A DNA stretch of 63,819 nucleotides, the filler included. It is 9 parts of 9 records of this genome, joined end to end, with 100 filler letters (N's around TTAATTAATTAA, not from the genome) between each part and the next. Parts side by side here need not be neighbours in the genome. Positions count along the whole stretch, not along the records: positions 7,258 to 19,207 come from SRR31147125_50396; positions 19,308 to 24,485 come from SRR31147125_50444; 7 more parts are not named here. One strand, 5' to 3'. The notes beneath the pieces were generated by a model. That model ran no database searches, had not been told where the DNA came from, and saw only the letters and a program-made list of their open reading frames with translations. This document shows, one piece after another, positions 11,016-22,600 of this stretch. Both the position numbers and the translations under genes were made by a program. Every line of letters starts with the position of its first letter. Position 1 is the stretch's first letter.

Positions 11016-13277
11016 ATGGATATTGATAAAGAACAACAGGCCCGGGCATTGGCCAAAGCAAAACAATCTCTGTTGCAGGCGGAGATCAAACGATCGGAGA
11101 CAAGACTGAACAAGAATGTCGGCCTTTTTCAGCAGGAAGAATTCGATATCCTGCTCAACGATGAATTCGTCGAGAAACTTGCCGAGCATATAATCAGGCA
11201 GTACCACGGGAACCAGCGCAAGAAGGCCATCGAACTGATGGACACGCTGGAAAAAAGTATCTGCAGCAATTCCGCGCCGATCAGGGAGCGCTCACTGATC
11301 GTGATGCTGTTGCTTTCCGACCATGTCCACGCCAACAATATCCGGGAACTGTGCGGTGTCATCGCCCGTATAGCTGCCAACTGGCTCTATTACGAGAACG
11401 AATTCATTGCCGGATTCGAACCCGTCTGCCGCCAGTTGCAGCGGATCATCGTCGAAATGCTGCGGGCACAGCAGTGGTACGAGGCGGAACAGTTTATCAC
11501 CACCCTCAACAAGATCAGCAACAAATCACTGCCGAAAAACAACCTGATTTACGGCGTCGTGTCCCGGATCCACGCCGGTCTGTCCGACCCCGAAATCCTC
11601 ACCGGCATGATCGACGCGTACCTGGGCGACTCATCACAGCGCAAGGATGTGGTCGAATCCATCCTCATCAATATGGGCGAGCAGGGCAGCCACCTCCTGA
11701 TCCAGCGGCTCACCCACAGCAACGACAAGGAGGAGCGGCTCGCGCTCCTGGGGCTGATCCCCCGGATTGGCGAAGTCAGTCAGCCGGCCCTCACGCACTA
11801 CCTCAAAGGAAGACAACCGTGGTACGTCACCAGGAACATCATCATGATCATTACCAGTCTGGGCGACGACGAACTCTACGCTAAAGTTAGACCCCATCTT
11901 GGCCACGAGGATATCAGGGTGCAGCAGCAGGCAGTCACCTGTATCGAGGTTCTGGGAGGTGAACAGATGGAAAGCCGTCTGCTCGACGCACTGTTCATCA
12001 TCAACGATGAGTTAAAAACACACCTGATCGACCAGCTGGTCCAATTCAGAGGCCGGAAAGTTGAGAAGGCACTGCTCGAGCTTCTCGACCGACGGGAAGA
12101 TTTCAGTAATCATATGTCCGACTTTCTGCTGATCAAGCTGTGCACCGGGCTCTCCGTCTATCCCTCGGAGCAGACAGACAGCAGGCTGCTGGCACTGGCG
12201 GATGAACGTACCAAACGATACGGCACCAATGACAGAGTCCTCCAGGCGGCCGCTGACGCGCTGAAGGCCGTCGAGCATGCGATTGACCGTGCCCCCGAGT
12301 TTTCACCTGATCCGGAAGATGAGATCACAGGTGAGTTGACTGATGAAGAAATAGTGTCACAATTGCCCGCCGACCCTTCCGGTGTCTCAACTTTCACTGA
12401 CGGCGGGTTGAGTGACGTGTTCGTGGAATCGCTTACAGACACGCTGAACGCTAAAAAATCAACCGACAACGACAGGGTACCCGACTCCGTATCCCTGCCG
12501 CTCCAGAGTCAGGACCACCACCTGATCATCTGGAACAATTTTTATGAGCAACTGGAAACAAGAGAAGCAAACCGTTTTTTCTCAACGCTTGTTCCTGAAA
12601 CATTTCAACCCGGCGACACAATCGTCTCCCAGAACGAAGAGCAAACCGATCTCTTTTTTATCGACCATGGATTTGCCAACGTCATTCCCACTTCCGCATC
12701 GAGCAATCTACACGTTTCCCCTGTCCAGGCAGGTGAGATAATCGGTAGCGATACCTTTTTTACAGACACCCCATCGTCGATCTCGATTCATGCCCAGACA
12801 GAGTTACAGGTACGCCGCCTGGGAAAAAACCGGCAGACCGAGCTGCAGGAAGAGCTTCCTGAATTGATGTCAAAGCTGGAGAGCTATTGCAGAGACCACG
12901 ATATCATACCCCTTATCCAATACAAAACAACCACTGATAAGTCGCTATCCGAGGTTGTCGTCCACTCTACTTTGTTTGCTGGCGATAACACGAGTGGCCG
13001 GCCTGTTTCTGAACACACGGGTGTCGTCACTCATACGCTCCGTGGAGGATTTAGTATCAGGTTGCCGCTCACGCCCCCTGCACATGCAGGAGTCAGCCTC
13101 GGACACCAGGTCAGTGCTGAGTTAACCGGAGGTGACGGCCGAACCACAACCTGTTTCGGTGTCATCGTCGGAAGTTGTCGGCGCGAAGAACCGGATAATC
13201 GGCTGCTTATCCATATCAAGTTCTATCATCCGGTGCGAGACGATCAGTACACCTGTAAAAAACTCTCTATCATGTGA
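11016..13277 (+). CDS. HEAT-repeat protein with cyclic-nucleotide-binding domain and C-terminal beta (PilZ-like?) domain
   Basis: HEAT-like PWYVTRNII and HEDIRVQQQAV; acidic linker; cNMP-like FQPGDTIVSQNE..LFFIDHG..GEIIG. Confidence 0.65.
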   Translation: MDIDKEQQARALAKAKQSLLQAEIKRSETRLNKNVGLFQQEEFDILLNDEFVEKLAEHIIRQYHGNQRKKAIELMDTLEKSICSNSAPIRERSLIVMLLLSDHVHANNIRELCGVIARIAANWLYYENEFIAGFEPVCRQLQRIIVEMLRAQQWYEAEQFITTLNKISNKSLPKNNLIYGVVSRIHAGLSDPEILTGMIDAYLGDSSQRKDVVESILINMGEQGSHLLIQRLTHSNDKEERLALLGLIPRIGEVSQPALTHYLKGRQPWYVTRNIIMIITSLGDDELYAKVRPHLGHEDIRVQQQAVTCIEVLGGEQMESRLLDALFIINDELKTHLIDQLVQFRGRKVEKALLELLDRREDFSNHMSDFLLIKLCTGLSVYPSEQTDSRLLALADERTKRYGTNDRVLQAAADALKAVEHAIDRAPEFSPDPEDEITGELTDEEIVSQLPADPSGVSTFTDGGLSDVFVESLTDTLNAKKSTDNDRVPDSVSLPLQSQDHHLIIWNNFYEQLETREANRFFSTLVPETFQPGDTIVSQNEEQTDLFFIDHGFANVIPTSASSNLHVSPVQAGEIIGSDTFFTDTPSSISIHAQTELQVRRLGKNRQTELQEELPELMSKLESYCRDHDIIPLIQYKTTTDKSLSEVVVHSTLFAGDNTSGRPVSEHTGVVTHTLRGGFSIRLPLTPPAHAGVSLGHQVSAELTGGDGRTTTCFGVIVGSCRREEPDNRLLIHIKFYHPVRDDQYTCKKLSIM

Positions 13278-13294
13278 CCGGAAGGATAGGGACA

Positions 13295-14152
13295 ATGAGC
13301 ACCGGCCTCTTCTTCGGACTTACCACCGTTGACATGTTCAACGTAATCCCCCGTCACCCCCTGCCCAACCAGAAAATAAAGACAGAGCACCAGGCTATCA
13401 GTGCCGGGGGCCCCGCCGCCAATGCCGCAGTGACTTTTGGAGCATTTGGCAATAACGCCCGATTATGCAGTGGTCTCGGCACCCACCCTGTCGCTGCTCT
13501 CGCTGCCATAGATCTTCACGAGCACCACGTGACTCTTATCGACGCGACAGTGGATCCGGACGACCTCCCCGTCCTGTCATCGATCCTCATCGATTCATCC
13601 ACCGGCGACCGGTGTGTCGTCTATTCCGATCCCGGCCGCAAACGGTTGCATGATGAAATCAATTATCACAACTTGCTCAACGGGTGTGAAGTGGTTCTGT
13701 TCGACGGGTTTTATCTCGATCAGGCACTGGTTGCCGCACGGACGGCCAGGGATCGTGGAATCACCACCGTTCTCGACGGCGGGTCATGGAAAAAAGGTCT
13801 GGATACCCTGCTGCCGTTCATTGATTATGCTGTCTGCTCGAACGACTTTTTCCCTCCCGGCTGCAGCACCACCGAAGAGGTTTTTTCGTATCTGAACGAC
13901 ACGGGAGCGGCTCGCTGCGCGATCAGCCGGGGGCCCGATACGATGGTTGCACTCGCCGACGGAGCGCTCACCGATATCCCCGTTCCCGAAATCAAAGCGG
14001 TCGATACGCTGGGAGCCGGAGATATCCTCCACGGAGCATTCTGCCATTTTATACTCGCCCACCCTTTTGTCCAGAGCCTGCAGTTGTCTACGGAGACGGC
14101 TTCGCACTCATGCAGGTATCACGGCACGCGGGAATGGATCAATCATCTTTAA
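13295..14152 (+). CDS. PfkB-family carbohydrate kinase
   Basis: AGGPAANAA, LDGGSWK, VDTLGAGDILHGAF. Confidence 0.9.
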   Translation: MSTGLFFGLTTVDMFNVIPRHPLPNQKIKTEHQAISAGGPAANAAVTFGAFGNNARLCSGLGTHPVAALAAIDLHEHHVTLIDATVDPDDLPVLSSILIDSSTGDRCVVYSDPGRKRLHDEINYHNLLNGCEVVLFDGFYLDQALVAARTARDRGITTVLDGGSWKKGLDTLLPFIDYAVCSNDFFPPGCSTTEEVFSYLNDTGAARCAISRGPDTMVALADGALTDIPVPEIKAVDTLGAGDILHGAFCHFILAHPFVQSLQLSTETASHSCRYHGTREWINHL

Positions 14153-14172
14153 CACCTCAGGACACCACTGCC

Positions 14173-14391
14173 ATGAAAAACAAAACGCCAGCCTCCCCTG
14201 TCGGCATGAAACTGATTGACGCAGTCAATCATCCCCAGCAGTCAGAGAGCCAGGAGAGCTTCGCCAAAGCACTGGAGATAACCAAAGCCTACGCAGCATC
14301 AGGAGCGGCAACCCATTACAGTGCGGTGGCCCGGCTCTTTTTCGATCTGTTCGAAATGTTCGAGACCGGAAAAGATCCACGGGACAAGTGA
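14173..14391 (+). CDS. Small hypothetical protein
   Basis: 72-aa ORF following pfkB, helical composition. Confidence 0.55.
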   Translation: MKNKTPASPVGMKLIDAVNHPQQSESQESFAKALEITKAYAASGAATHYSAVARLFFDLFEMFETGKDPRDK

Positions 14392-14553
14392 TTTTTATGA
14401 GGATTTTTATCAATATTTGTAATATTACGTAACAGTTCCGGATATTCGCAACGTTTCTTGTCTGGACAGGTCTATTCCGCCATATCAAATTACCGCACAC
14501 ACGCACCGGAGAACCATCGGAAAACCACGGTGTGCAGGATAGCAGAACGAAAG

Positions 14554-15456
14554 ATGATCCACAACACGACTGAGCAGTCGGCTGTGATCCTTGTGGTCGA
14601 CGATGAAAAACAGATTCTGAAGACGCTGGACCGAGTTGTCTCATCACTTGGCTACAACTGCTTCACCGCCTGTGACGGTCTGGAGGCTATTAACGTTTTG
14701 AAACGGAAAACCTGTGATCTGGTGCTCTCGGATGTCTTCATGCCGAAGATGAATGGCATGGACCTGCTGAAGCATATCATCAGGTTTCATTTCAACACCG
14801 ATGTGATTATCGCCACCGGCTACGAGGACAGGGTCAGTTACTCGGACGTCATCCAGGCCGGCGCCATCGATTTCATCAAGAAACCGATCGACCAGAACGA
14901 GCTCGAGGCCAAACTGGCACGGGCCCTTCGGGAACGCCACATGATCAGGAAGTTGGAAACCCTCTCCATGAGCGACGGGCTCACGACTCTTTTGAACCGC
15001 CGCGCCTATAACAAGAGTTTCCCTCACGAAGTTGAGCGCGCGGCGAGGCAGGGATATTCCCTGTTTCTCGCGATGATCGATATCGACAACTTCAAGGGCT
15101 ACAACGACACGCACGGTCATGACGAAGGGGACAAGGTGCTGGTCGCCCTCGGAGAGGATTTAAACGAGTCTACCCGGAACAATGTCGATCTCTGCTTCCG
15201 GCTCGGAGGCGACGAGTTCGCCGTCCTGCTACCGCAGACGTCGGCATCGCAGTCACATGACATCCTCAGCAGGGTCATGCAGAAGTTCAGCAAGCGCGCC
15301 TATAACGGATTGACGCTGTCAATCGGAATTGTCAGCTGCATGCGTGATGTCAGTATCTATCTCGGGGATGATATTCAACAGATGCAGGTACGCGCCGACC
15401 AGACCATGTACGAGGCCAAGCACTCGGGAAAAGGGCGAATCGTCAGCTACACGTAG
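14554..15456 (+). CDS. Response-regulator diguanylate cyclase (REC-GGDEF)
   Basis: ILVVDDE, SDVFMPKMNG, KP; DGLTTLLNRR, DIDNFKGYNDTHGH, RLGGDEF. Confidence 0.93.
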   Translation: MIHNTTEQSAVILVVDDEKQILKTLDRVVSSLGYNCFTACDGLEAINVLKRKTCDLVLSDVFMPKMNGMDLLKHIIRFHFNTDVIIATGYEDRVSYSDVIQAGAIDFIKKPIDQNELEAKLARALRERHMIRKLETLSMSDGLTTLLNRRAYNKSFPHEVERAARQGYSLFLAMIDIDNFKGYNDTHGHDEGDKVLVALGEDLNESTRNNVDLCFRLGGDEFAVLLPQTSASQSHDILSRVMQKFSKRAYNGLTLSIGIVSCMRDVSIYLGDDIQQMQVRADQTMYEAKHSGKGRIVSYT

Positions 15457-15476
15457 CCTGCCCTCTCGGCCTTCGT

Positions 15477-16916
15477 CTACCGACAACCATCCAGGGCATT
15501 CTTGTGAAACGTCACATCCGGTTCCACCGGATATCTGCGATTAAAGCAGGCGAGACAGAAATCATCCATCGTCAGGCCGGTGGCCTCGACCATTCCTTCG
15601 AGACTGAGATAGTATAACGAATCCAGCCCGAGAAATCGGGCGATTTCATCGACCTTACTGCCGGAGGCTATCAACTCCTCGCAGGAAGGAAAGTCGATGC
15701 CGTAATAGCACGGGTAGCGCGTCGGCGGACAGCTGACCATCATATGCACTTCCGCCGCCCCCGCATTGCGAAGCGATTGGACCCGGCTCTTTCCGGTGGT
15801 GCCGCGGATTATCGAATCCTCGATAATGATGACCCGTTTCCCCTCCATGAACGAACGGACCGGATTCAGTTTTACCCTGACATTGAAGTCACGCATCGAC
15901 TGGGTCGGCTGGATAAAGGTCCTGCCGACGTAGTGATTCCTGATCACCCCGAATTCCAGCGGTATTCCCGACTCCTGGGAGTAACCGATCGCCGCATAGT
16001 TCCCGGAGTCCGGAAACGGCATCACGAAATCCCCGTCGACCGGGCATTCCTGGGCGAGGATCTGGCCCATACGCTTGCGCGTCTCGTACACGTTGATCCC
16101 GAAAATATCGGAGTCCGGGCGTGCGAAGTAGACGCTTTCGAAAATACAGAAACTGCGCTGTCGCCGGGGCCACGGGTAGATCGATGTCTGCTCGTCTCCC
16201 TTGCAGATGAGTACCTCTCCCGGTTCGATATCGCGTACGTACGTTGCCTCAACCAGGTCGAGCGCGCAGGTCTCCGACGCAACGATGAAACCGCCGGTGT
16301 TGAGCCTGCCGAGGCAGAGCGGCCTGAACCCGTTGGGGTCCCGAATGGCGATCATGGAATCCTCGGTCATCATCAGCATCGAAAAGGCGCCCTTGATGCT
16401 CACGAGTGCATCTTTCAAACACTCTTCGAACGATTCCCGGTTGGAACACGCCAGCAGATGCAGGATCACCTCACTATCCATCGTCGTCTGGAATATGGAA
16501 CCATTTTCCTCCAGCTCCCGCCTCAGGCTGACGGAATTCACCAGATTCCCGTTGTGGGCGACGGCTATGGTCTTGCCCTTGTGGCTGACGAGCAGCGGTT
16601 GGGTATTGACGACAGTGGATGCGCCGGTGGTGGAGTAGCGCACATGGCCAATCGAGATGTGACCGTTCAGGCCGGCCAGATCATCTTCGGAGAAAACCTC
16701 AGAGACCAGCCCCATATCCTTATGGACTCTCACGTGGCGTCCGTCGGACGTGACGATCCCGGCACTCTCCTGACCCCGGTGCTGCAACGCGTAGAGACCG
16801 AAATAGGCCAGCCTGGAGGAGTCGTCGTGATTATAGATACCGCAGACACCGCATTCGTGACGGGGTTTGCTGGAAGGTGCGGTAGAACCGGCTGGCAGAC
16901 CATCGGAAGTATTCAT
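15477..16916 (-). CDS. purF: Amidophosphoribosyltransferase
   Basis: Propeptide then ECGVCGI, LQHRGQES, GHVRYSTTG, EDSIIRGTT, CYYGIDF, CLACF. Confidence 0.97.
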   Translation of the reverse strand: MNTSDGLPAGSTAPSSKPRHECGVCGIYNHDDSSRLAYFGLYALQHRGQESAGIVTSDGRHVRVHKDMGLVSEVFSEDDLAGLNGHISIGHVRYSTTGASTVVNTQPLLVSHKGKTIAVAHNGNLVNSVSLRRELEENGSIFQTTMDSEVILHLLACSNRESFEECLKDALVSIKGAFSMLMMTEDSMIAIRDPNGFRPLCLGRLNTGGFIVASETCALDLVEATYVRDIEPGEVLICKGDEQTSIYPWPRRQRSFCIFESVYFARPDSDIFGINVYETRKRMGQILAQECPVDGDFVMPFPDSGNYAAIGYSQESGIPLEFGVIRNHYVGRTFIQPTQSMRDFNVRVKLNPVRSFMEGKRVIIIEDSIIRGTTGKSRVQSLRNAGAAEVHMMVSCPPTRYPCYYGIDFPSCEELIASGSKVDEIARFLGLDSLYYLSLEGMVEATGLTMDDFCLACFNRRYPVEPDVTFHKNALDGCR

Positions 16917-17000
16917 CAAGCATCCCTGTTCGATCGTATTGTACCTGTGCAAGGCAGCGATGGCGGCGGTGTGGGGCTATCCGACATCATGAAAATAATC

Positions 17001-17032
17001 GGGGCACAAAGAAAAGCGGTTCTTTGTGCCCC
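17001..17032 (-). terminator. Stem-loop, probable terminator downstream of the M20 peptidase
   Basis: Perfect 13-bp stem GGGGCACAAAGAA / TTCTTTGTGCCCC with a 6-nt loop. Confidence 0.55.
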
Positions 17033-17105
17033 TGACCCACTGCCGAATGTTTATAACAAGTACGGACGAAATTCAACTACAAAGAGACGAGCCGACCCCG
17101 CCGCA

Positions 17106-18248
17106 TCACATACATGCGATGGTGAAGAGCAGCTCCGTCAACCTCACCATGTCGTTGAGATCGAGGTTCTCGTCGGTGGTGTGTACGTCCGTCATACCAG
17201 TCGCGATAATTGCCGTGGGCAGCCCGTAACCGTTAAAGATATTGGCATCGCTGCCGCCGCCGGCGACGATGAAGGACTGCTCCCGCCCCAGCCTGAGTCC
17301 GGCTTCCCTGACAGTTTTGACTACCAGGTCATCTTCTCCGAGGCGCATCATCGGATATTCCGACTCGACTTTCAGATCGACCGTGGGAGGACGGTACTCG
17401 GGACTGTCGATAGCCGGCCAGCCTGCCACCGTATCGAGAAACACCGTTTTTATTTCGTCGGTATAACGAGCCAGTTTTTCGGCTGAATGGCTCCGCACCT
17501 CGCCCTTGAGCATCAGGTGCGCCGGTATGATATTTGTAGCGGCGCCTCCCTCCATAATACCGATATTGGCCGTTGATTCCTCGTCGAGTCTCCCCAGCTT
17601 CACCTTCGTCAACGCCTGTGCCGCCACCAGAAAAGCACTGACTCCCGCCTCGGGCCGGATCCCCGCATGCGCCGCGGTACCGTGTACATCCACCTTGAAA
17701 CGGTTTGCCGCCGGCGCGCCGATAATAACCCGGTCGATACCGGTGGAGTCAAGAGCATATCCGTACGGCGCTTCAAGCTGTCCGTACTCGAGAGCCTTGG
17801 CACCCCGCAGCCCGATTTCCTCACATGTCGTGAAAACGAGTTCGACAGTGCGGTGATTCCCATTGTGTTCCCGGAGCATATGAATCAATTCGATGAGCGG
17901 CGCAATTCCCGACTTGTCGTCCCCGCCCAGGATCGTCTCACCTCCGGACCGGAACACATCGCCGTCTCGCAGCACCTTAACCCCGTTTCCCGGTTGTACC
18001 GTATCCATGTGGCAGGCAAAAAAGACAGGTGCTGAATCACTGTTTCCGCTGAACCTGAAAATCAGGTTCCCTGAATCGGATCCGGTCTGCGCGGCAGAAC
18101 CATCCTCGTAGAAATAATCTGCACCCAGGTCGCGAAATACCTTCTTCAGATAATCGGCTACCGCTTTCTCCTGTTTCGACGGACTGCTGATCTCGCACAA
18201 TGTGACAAAATATTCAGCCAGACGTTCTCTCTCTATTTTCGCTTCCAT
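17106..18248 (-). CDS. M20/M25/M40 peptidase T-like metallohydrolase
   Basis: CHMDTVQPG, LGGDDKSG, CEEIGLRG, GGGSDAN, VHTTDE. Confidence 0.9.
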   Translation of the reverse strand: MEAKIERERLAEYFVTLCEISSPSKQEKAVADYLKKVFRDLGADYFYEDGSAAQTGSDSGNLIFRFSGNSDSAPVFFACHMDTVQPGNGVKVLRDGDVFRSGGETILGGDDKSGIAPLIELIHMLREHNGNHRTVELVFTTCEEIGLRGAKALEYGQLEAPYGYALDSTGIDRVIIGAPAANRFKVDVHGTAAHAGIRPEAGVSAFLVAAQALTKVKLGRLDEESTANIGIMEGGAATNIIPAHLMLKGEVRSHSAEKLARYTDEIKTVFLDTVAGWPAIDSPEYRPPTVDLKVESEYPMMRLGEDDLVVKTVREAGLRLGREQSFIVAGGGSDANIFNGYGLPTAIIATGMTDVHTTDENLDLNDMVRLTELLFTIACM

Positions 18249-18284
18249 TATTCCTGTTTCAATTGAGGGTGACTTGAGTTGATT

Positions 18285-19207
18285 TCAAGAGTTATGCAGC
18301 AACACCACCGCATGGCAAGAGATGCCTTCCGCCCTGCCCGTATACCCCATTTTCTCAGTCGTGGTGGCCTTGATGTTCAGCAGTTCCGGAGAGACCCGGC
18401 AATGAGCTGCGAGAGTCTCCTGCATCGCGTCCATATACGGGGCCAGTTTCGGTGCCTGACAGACAATCGTGATGTCGGCGTTGCCCAGCATGAATCGGTC
18501 ACCGAAGGCCAGCTCGACTACCCGGTCGAGCAGCAGCACGGACGATATGTCCTTATACGCGCCGTCACTGTCCGGAAAATGACGGCCGATGTCCCCTGCC
18601 CCGATTCCGCCCAGAATCGCATCACAGAGCGCGTGGCACACGACGTCCGCATCGGAATGACCGGCCAGACCGTACTCATGCGGGATCGCGACCCCACCCA
18701 GCACCAGCGGGCGGCCTGCGGCAAAGCGGTGGGCATCAAAACCGTGCCCGATCCTGATTGGTGTGCTTCTGGATTTCATGATCGATTCTGCAAGGTGCAG
18801 GTCCTCGGGTCGCGTGACCTTGATATTGGTTTCCTCACCATCGACGAGTGCAACCCTGACTCCTGCCTTCTCAAAAAGCGAGGATTCATCGGTGACATCA
18901 TTGTCCCCGATCATCGCATACGACTTTTCAAACAGTTCCCGGCGCGCCCCCTGTGGGGTCTGGGCCTGCCATAGAGCAGTGCGATCAACCGTCTCCGCCA
19001 CGAACGGATCAGCAGCCTGTCTCTTCAGGGTATCCTTGACCGGCACCGCCGCAACAGCCGCGCCGTAGTGCTCTACCCCTTCATAACAGCGTCTGACCAA
19101 CGACTCCGAAACCAGCGGCCGGGCACCGTCGTGTACCAGTACGATATCGATTTCATCGCCGAGATGATTCAAACCGTTGCGCACCGAATCCTGCCGTCTT
19201 CGCCCCC
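18285..19207 (-). CDS. ispDF: Bifunctional IspD/IspF, 5'-partial
   Basis: VHDGARP, AQTPQ, NIKVT, then [25 protein letters not shown]. Confidence 0.93.
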
Positions 19208-19307
19208 NNNNNNNNNNNNNNNNNNNNNNNNNNNNNNNNNNNNNNNNNNNNTTAATTAATTAANNNNNNNNNNNNNNNNNNNNNNNNNNNNNNNNNNNNN
19301 NNNNNNN
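19208..19307. other. Artificial contig linker
   Basis: N44-TTAATTAATTAA-N44. Confidence 0.99.
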
Positions 19308-19454
19308 CCTCAAAAGAAGGTTAAGCTCATCCTGAAGGGCTGATCGCCCACTGTCTGCCGTGATTTCTTTATCGGCCATTTTACTCTGGACAGCCTTGAT
19401 CTGCTCCTGCAGAATTATGAGGTGCCTTAGCTTTTTTTCCAGGTATTTATCCAT
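19308..19454 (-). CDS. Hypothetical coiled-coil protein, 3'-truncated
   Basis: MDKYLEKKLRHL... runs into the gap. Confidence 0.35.
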
Positions 19455-19616
19455 ATCAAATCTGATAAAAAGCATATACCCCGGAGGTAGCGCAGTCAAT
19501 TTGTTTATTTTTTATAATCTGCCTTCAGGCGCCTTCCCCGGAAGGAAAATAATTTTAAGATTAATTTAAGATTCTTGTTTTATATTCTTTCAACAAAAAT
19601 AAAAAAAGAGGGAATT

Positions 19617-22600
19617 GTGAATCAATTTAAACCGGTTTTACTAATTTTGCTTCTCGTTCTGGGAGCAGCGGCGCTTACAGCCCAGACTATCGAAATCCCC
19701 GGTGTTGGAGCCGTTGGATTTGAAAAGATTAACAGCACTACCTATTCAGTAAGTATTCCCAATCTGGGAACCTATGATTTCGAAGGACATTATAATAGCC
19801 CCTCGGATTTTGACCTGGCGGCAACTCTTCCGATAGGAGATTTCACAGATTATATTCCCGGTATAGGTCAGCTTCTCGGTGTTCTAGGCCTTGATTCTGT
19901 GGAGTACAGAATAAAACAGACCGGACTGGGACTGAAAATCCATCTGGAATCCGGCGGACTTGGATTTCTGCGGGGTACAGTAACCGAAGCCCTTTCAGAA
20001 GTAGACGTCCTGAGAGTTGCAATTGACGGGATTATTTCAGTGTTGGAACTGGAAACACTGGATTTAACCGGTCAGGTTATGGACGGCAAACTGATTGGGA
20101 AGGTTCAGGGTGTTATCTCTCTGGCGACAGCCGAAATCGGATTCAATACAGGAGAGGGTGAGCTTTCAGTCTCTGCAATTGTTGATTCCATAGTAGACAG
20201 TGTTCTCCCCGCAGCAATGGATTTTGTAGGAGATCTTGTCGAGGCCGCTTACGATGCGGTTGCTGATGCGGCCGAAGAAGCCGCCGATTTTGCAATGGAT
20301 GCCGCGGAGGATCTTATCCGCGAAGTCGGTGTCATCGCCCATGATGTTTCGACCAGTGTGTCCCATGGCTCCCACAGTTTCAGCAAGTGCTATAATGATT
20401 GCACAAGAAACTATGCCAACAGTCAGCGAAATCCGATGCTTGAAGGAAGCAACAGAGTTTTTCAGGAGTTCTACAACCGGGTCTACCGGGATATACGAAA
20501 GATTAACGGCGTGGATGCCAATGACACAAGAGTGAAAAGAAACAACCTGATCTACGCCGACTGGAACAATCTTGTTACCACCTTCGATAACAAATGGGCC
20601 GGTATTCGGAATGACGATGAAGTGGAAAACTACTTCTTCAAGAGCAGCTCCGAAAGGAGAGCCCGGGACCGCTACAGAGGGATGATCGATGAATCCTGGG
20701 GCCAGAACCGGGCTTTCCGGGATGGTCTCTATAGCCGACTGATGACCATGACGGCTCCTGTTCGACTGACAAGAACCTCCCAGGAAGCCCTGAGTATGCT
20801 CGCCACCGCCGCGAAAACCGGAAGGGCTGTTCAGTTTCTCCATACAGACACGGATGTTGCCTGGGATCTCAGCTGGAACAATGATACTGTCAGCGAAAGA
20901 GACGGTGCTAATATAACCTACTGGGACAAACACCATGGGGCCAATCAGATGTGGTATCTTGTTCCTACCAGAGTCCAGGATACCTATCACATCCAGTCGG
21001 CAGCCACGGGCAAGTTTATCCATATAGGCAATGCAAACGACCGATCCGGCTCCAATATTCTGACCTGGGATGGATATGGAGCGCCCCAGACAACCTTCAG
21101 GGCCTTTGCCGATAATAACGGCTATATCACCTGGATGACCGAAAACGGCAATGCCTTCGATCTGGCTGGTGGAAACCCCGTTACGGGTACTAATCTTCAA
21201 ATCTGGACACCGAACCATTCTTCCGCCCAAAAAGTTTATTTAGACTTTCCCACGGAACAGCCGGTATTAAAACCGGGACTCTATCGTATCCGGTCCGCCG
21301 GCCGGGGGTCCCATTATCTGATCACAGACCCTGTAGAGAGAGACGGTGTCAACGCTATGCTCTATTCAGAAAATGATCATATCGGACAAACCTGGTATAT
21401 CCGCGGAGCCCACTACCGGGATGGCAAGATCACCTACAGCCTCTTTAACCTGGGCTCCAACCGCTATGTGCACACCGAAGGTGCCCGATTCGACCGGGGG
21501 ACCAACCTTCTGGGATGGAGCGGTGTAGGCGGTGAAAACACGTCTTACTTTTTCCTGCCTCAAGATGACGGGACCTTTGTGCTCCAGGCCCTGGGAGGTC
21601 AAGTTTTCGATGTTGAAGGCGGTGGCGATGCTGCTGGAAATCATACAAATGTTCGTCTATGGGATTATAATGGAAACTCCGGTCAGAAGTGGTATCTTGA
21701 ACCTGTGGAAGAAGATCCGGCCGCTGTCCTGGCAGACCGCCATGCGGGCTGGGCGGCTAAGGAAGATCTGCAGAACTGGGCCGCCGACGGCAAAGCGATA
21801 TATATTTCCCTGATGGATCACGATCTCGTCTGTGATGTGGCCTGGGGGGATGAGGCTGTTCAGGGAAGAGACGGGGTAAATGTCGGGTTTTATACCAGAC
21901 ATCATGGCACAAATCAGCTGTGGTACCCTGTTCCGGCCGGCTCGCGAGACACCTATTACTTCCAGTCCGCGGCTACCGGAAAGTTCCTCCACATCAAAGA
22001 TGATCAGGACAGAGCCGGAACAAGTCTTGAGATCACAGACGGCTCTTCTTCTCCCGGAACAGCTTTCCGGATATATGGAGAGAAGGACGGGAGCCTGATC
22101 TTCCAGACCCAAAATGGGAATCTCCTGGCCATGGAAGGAAAAATCCCCGAATCAGGCAGGGATCTTCTCCTTAAAAATGCCAGGAGCAATGAGAATATCA
22201 GGTTCCATCTATCCCTTCCCCTTGTCCAGCCTGAGGTTAAGGCAGGACTTTATCGGATCCGATCCGCAGGCGCCGGCCGTCACTACTTAATCACCGATCC
22301 TTCGGAGATGAATGGCGTCAATGTTATGCTTTACCAGCAGAACAACCATATAGGCCAGACCTGGTTTATCCAGGGGTCCTATTCGATGGAAGGCAGGAAT
22401 ACATTCAGCCTTTATAACAGGGGTTCCCATCGGTACATCCATACAGAAAACGCCCGTTTTGACCAGGGAACGAACCTTCTGGGCTGGAGCGGTGTCGGTG
22501 GAGAAAACACTGCCTACTGTTTTCTCCTCCAGGAGGACGGATCCTATGTCATTCAGGCTAAAGGCGGCCGGGTCTTCGATGTCGCAGGCGGCGGTCACAT

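Noticed and set aside
15744-17486. 580-aa plus-strand ORF
   Set aside because: Antisense shadow of purF and the M20 peptidase in GC-rich DNA; no motifs
20166-21230. 354-aa minus-strand ORF
   Set aside because: Antisense shadow of the ricin-lectin gene
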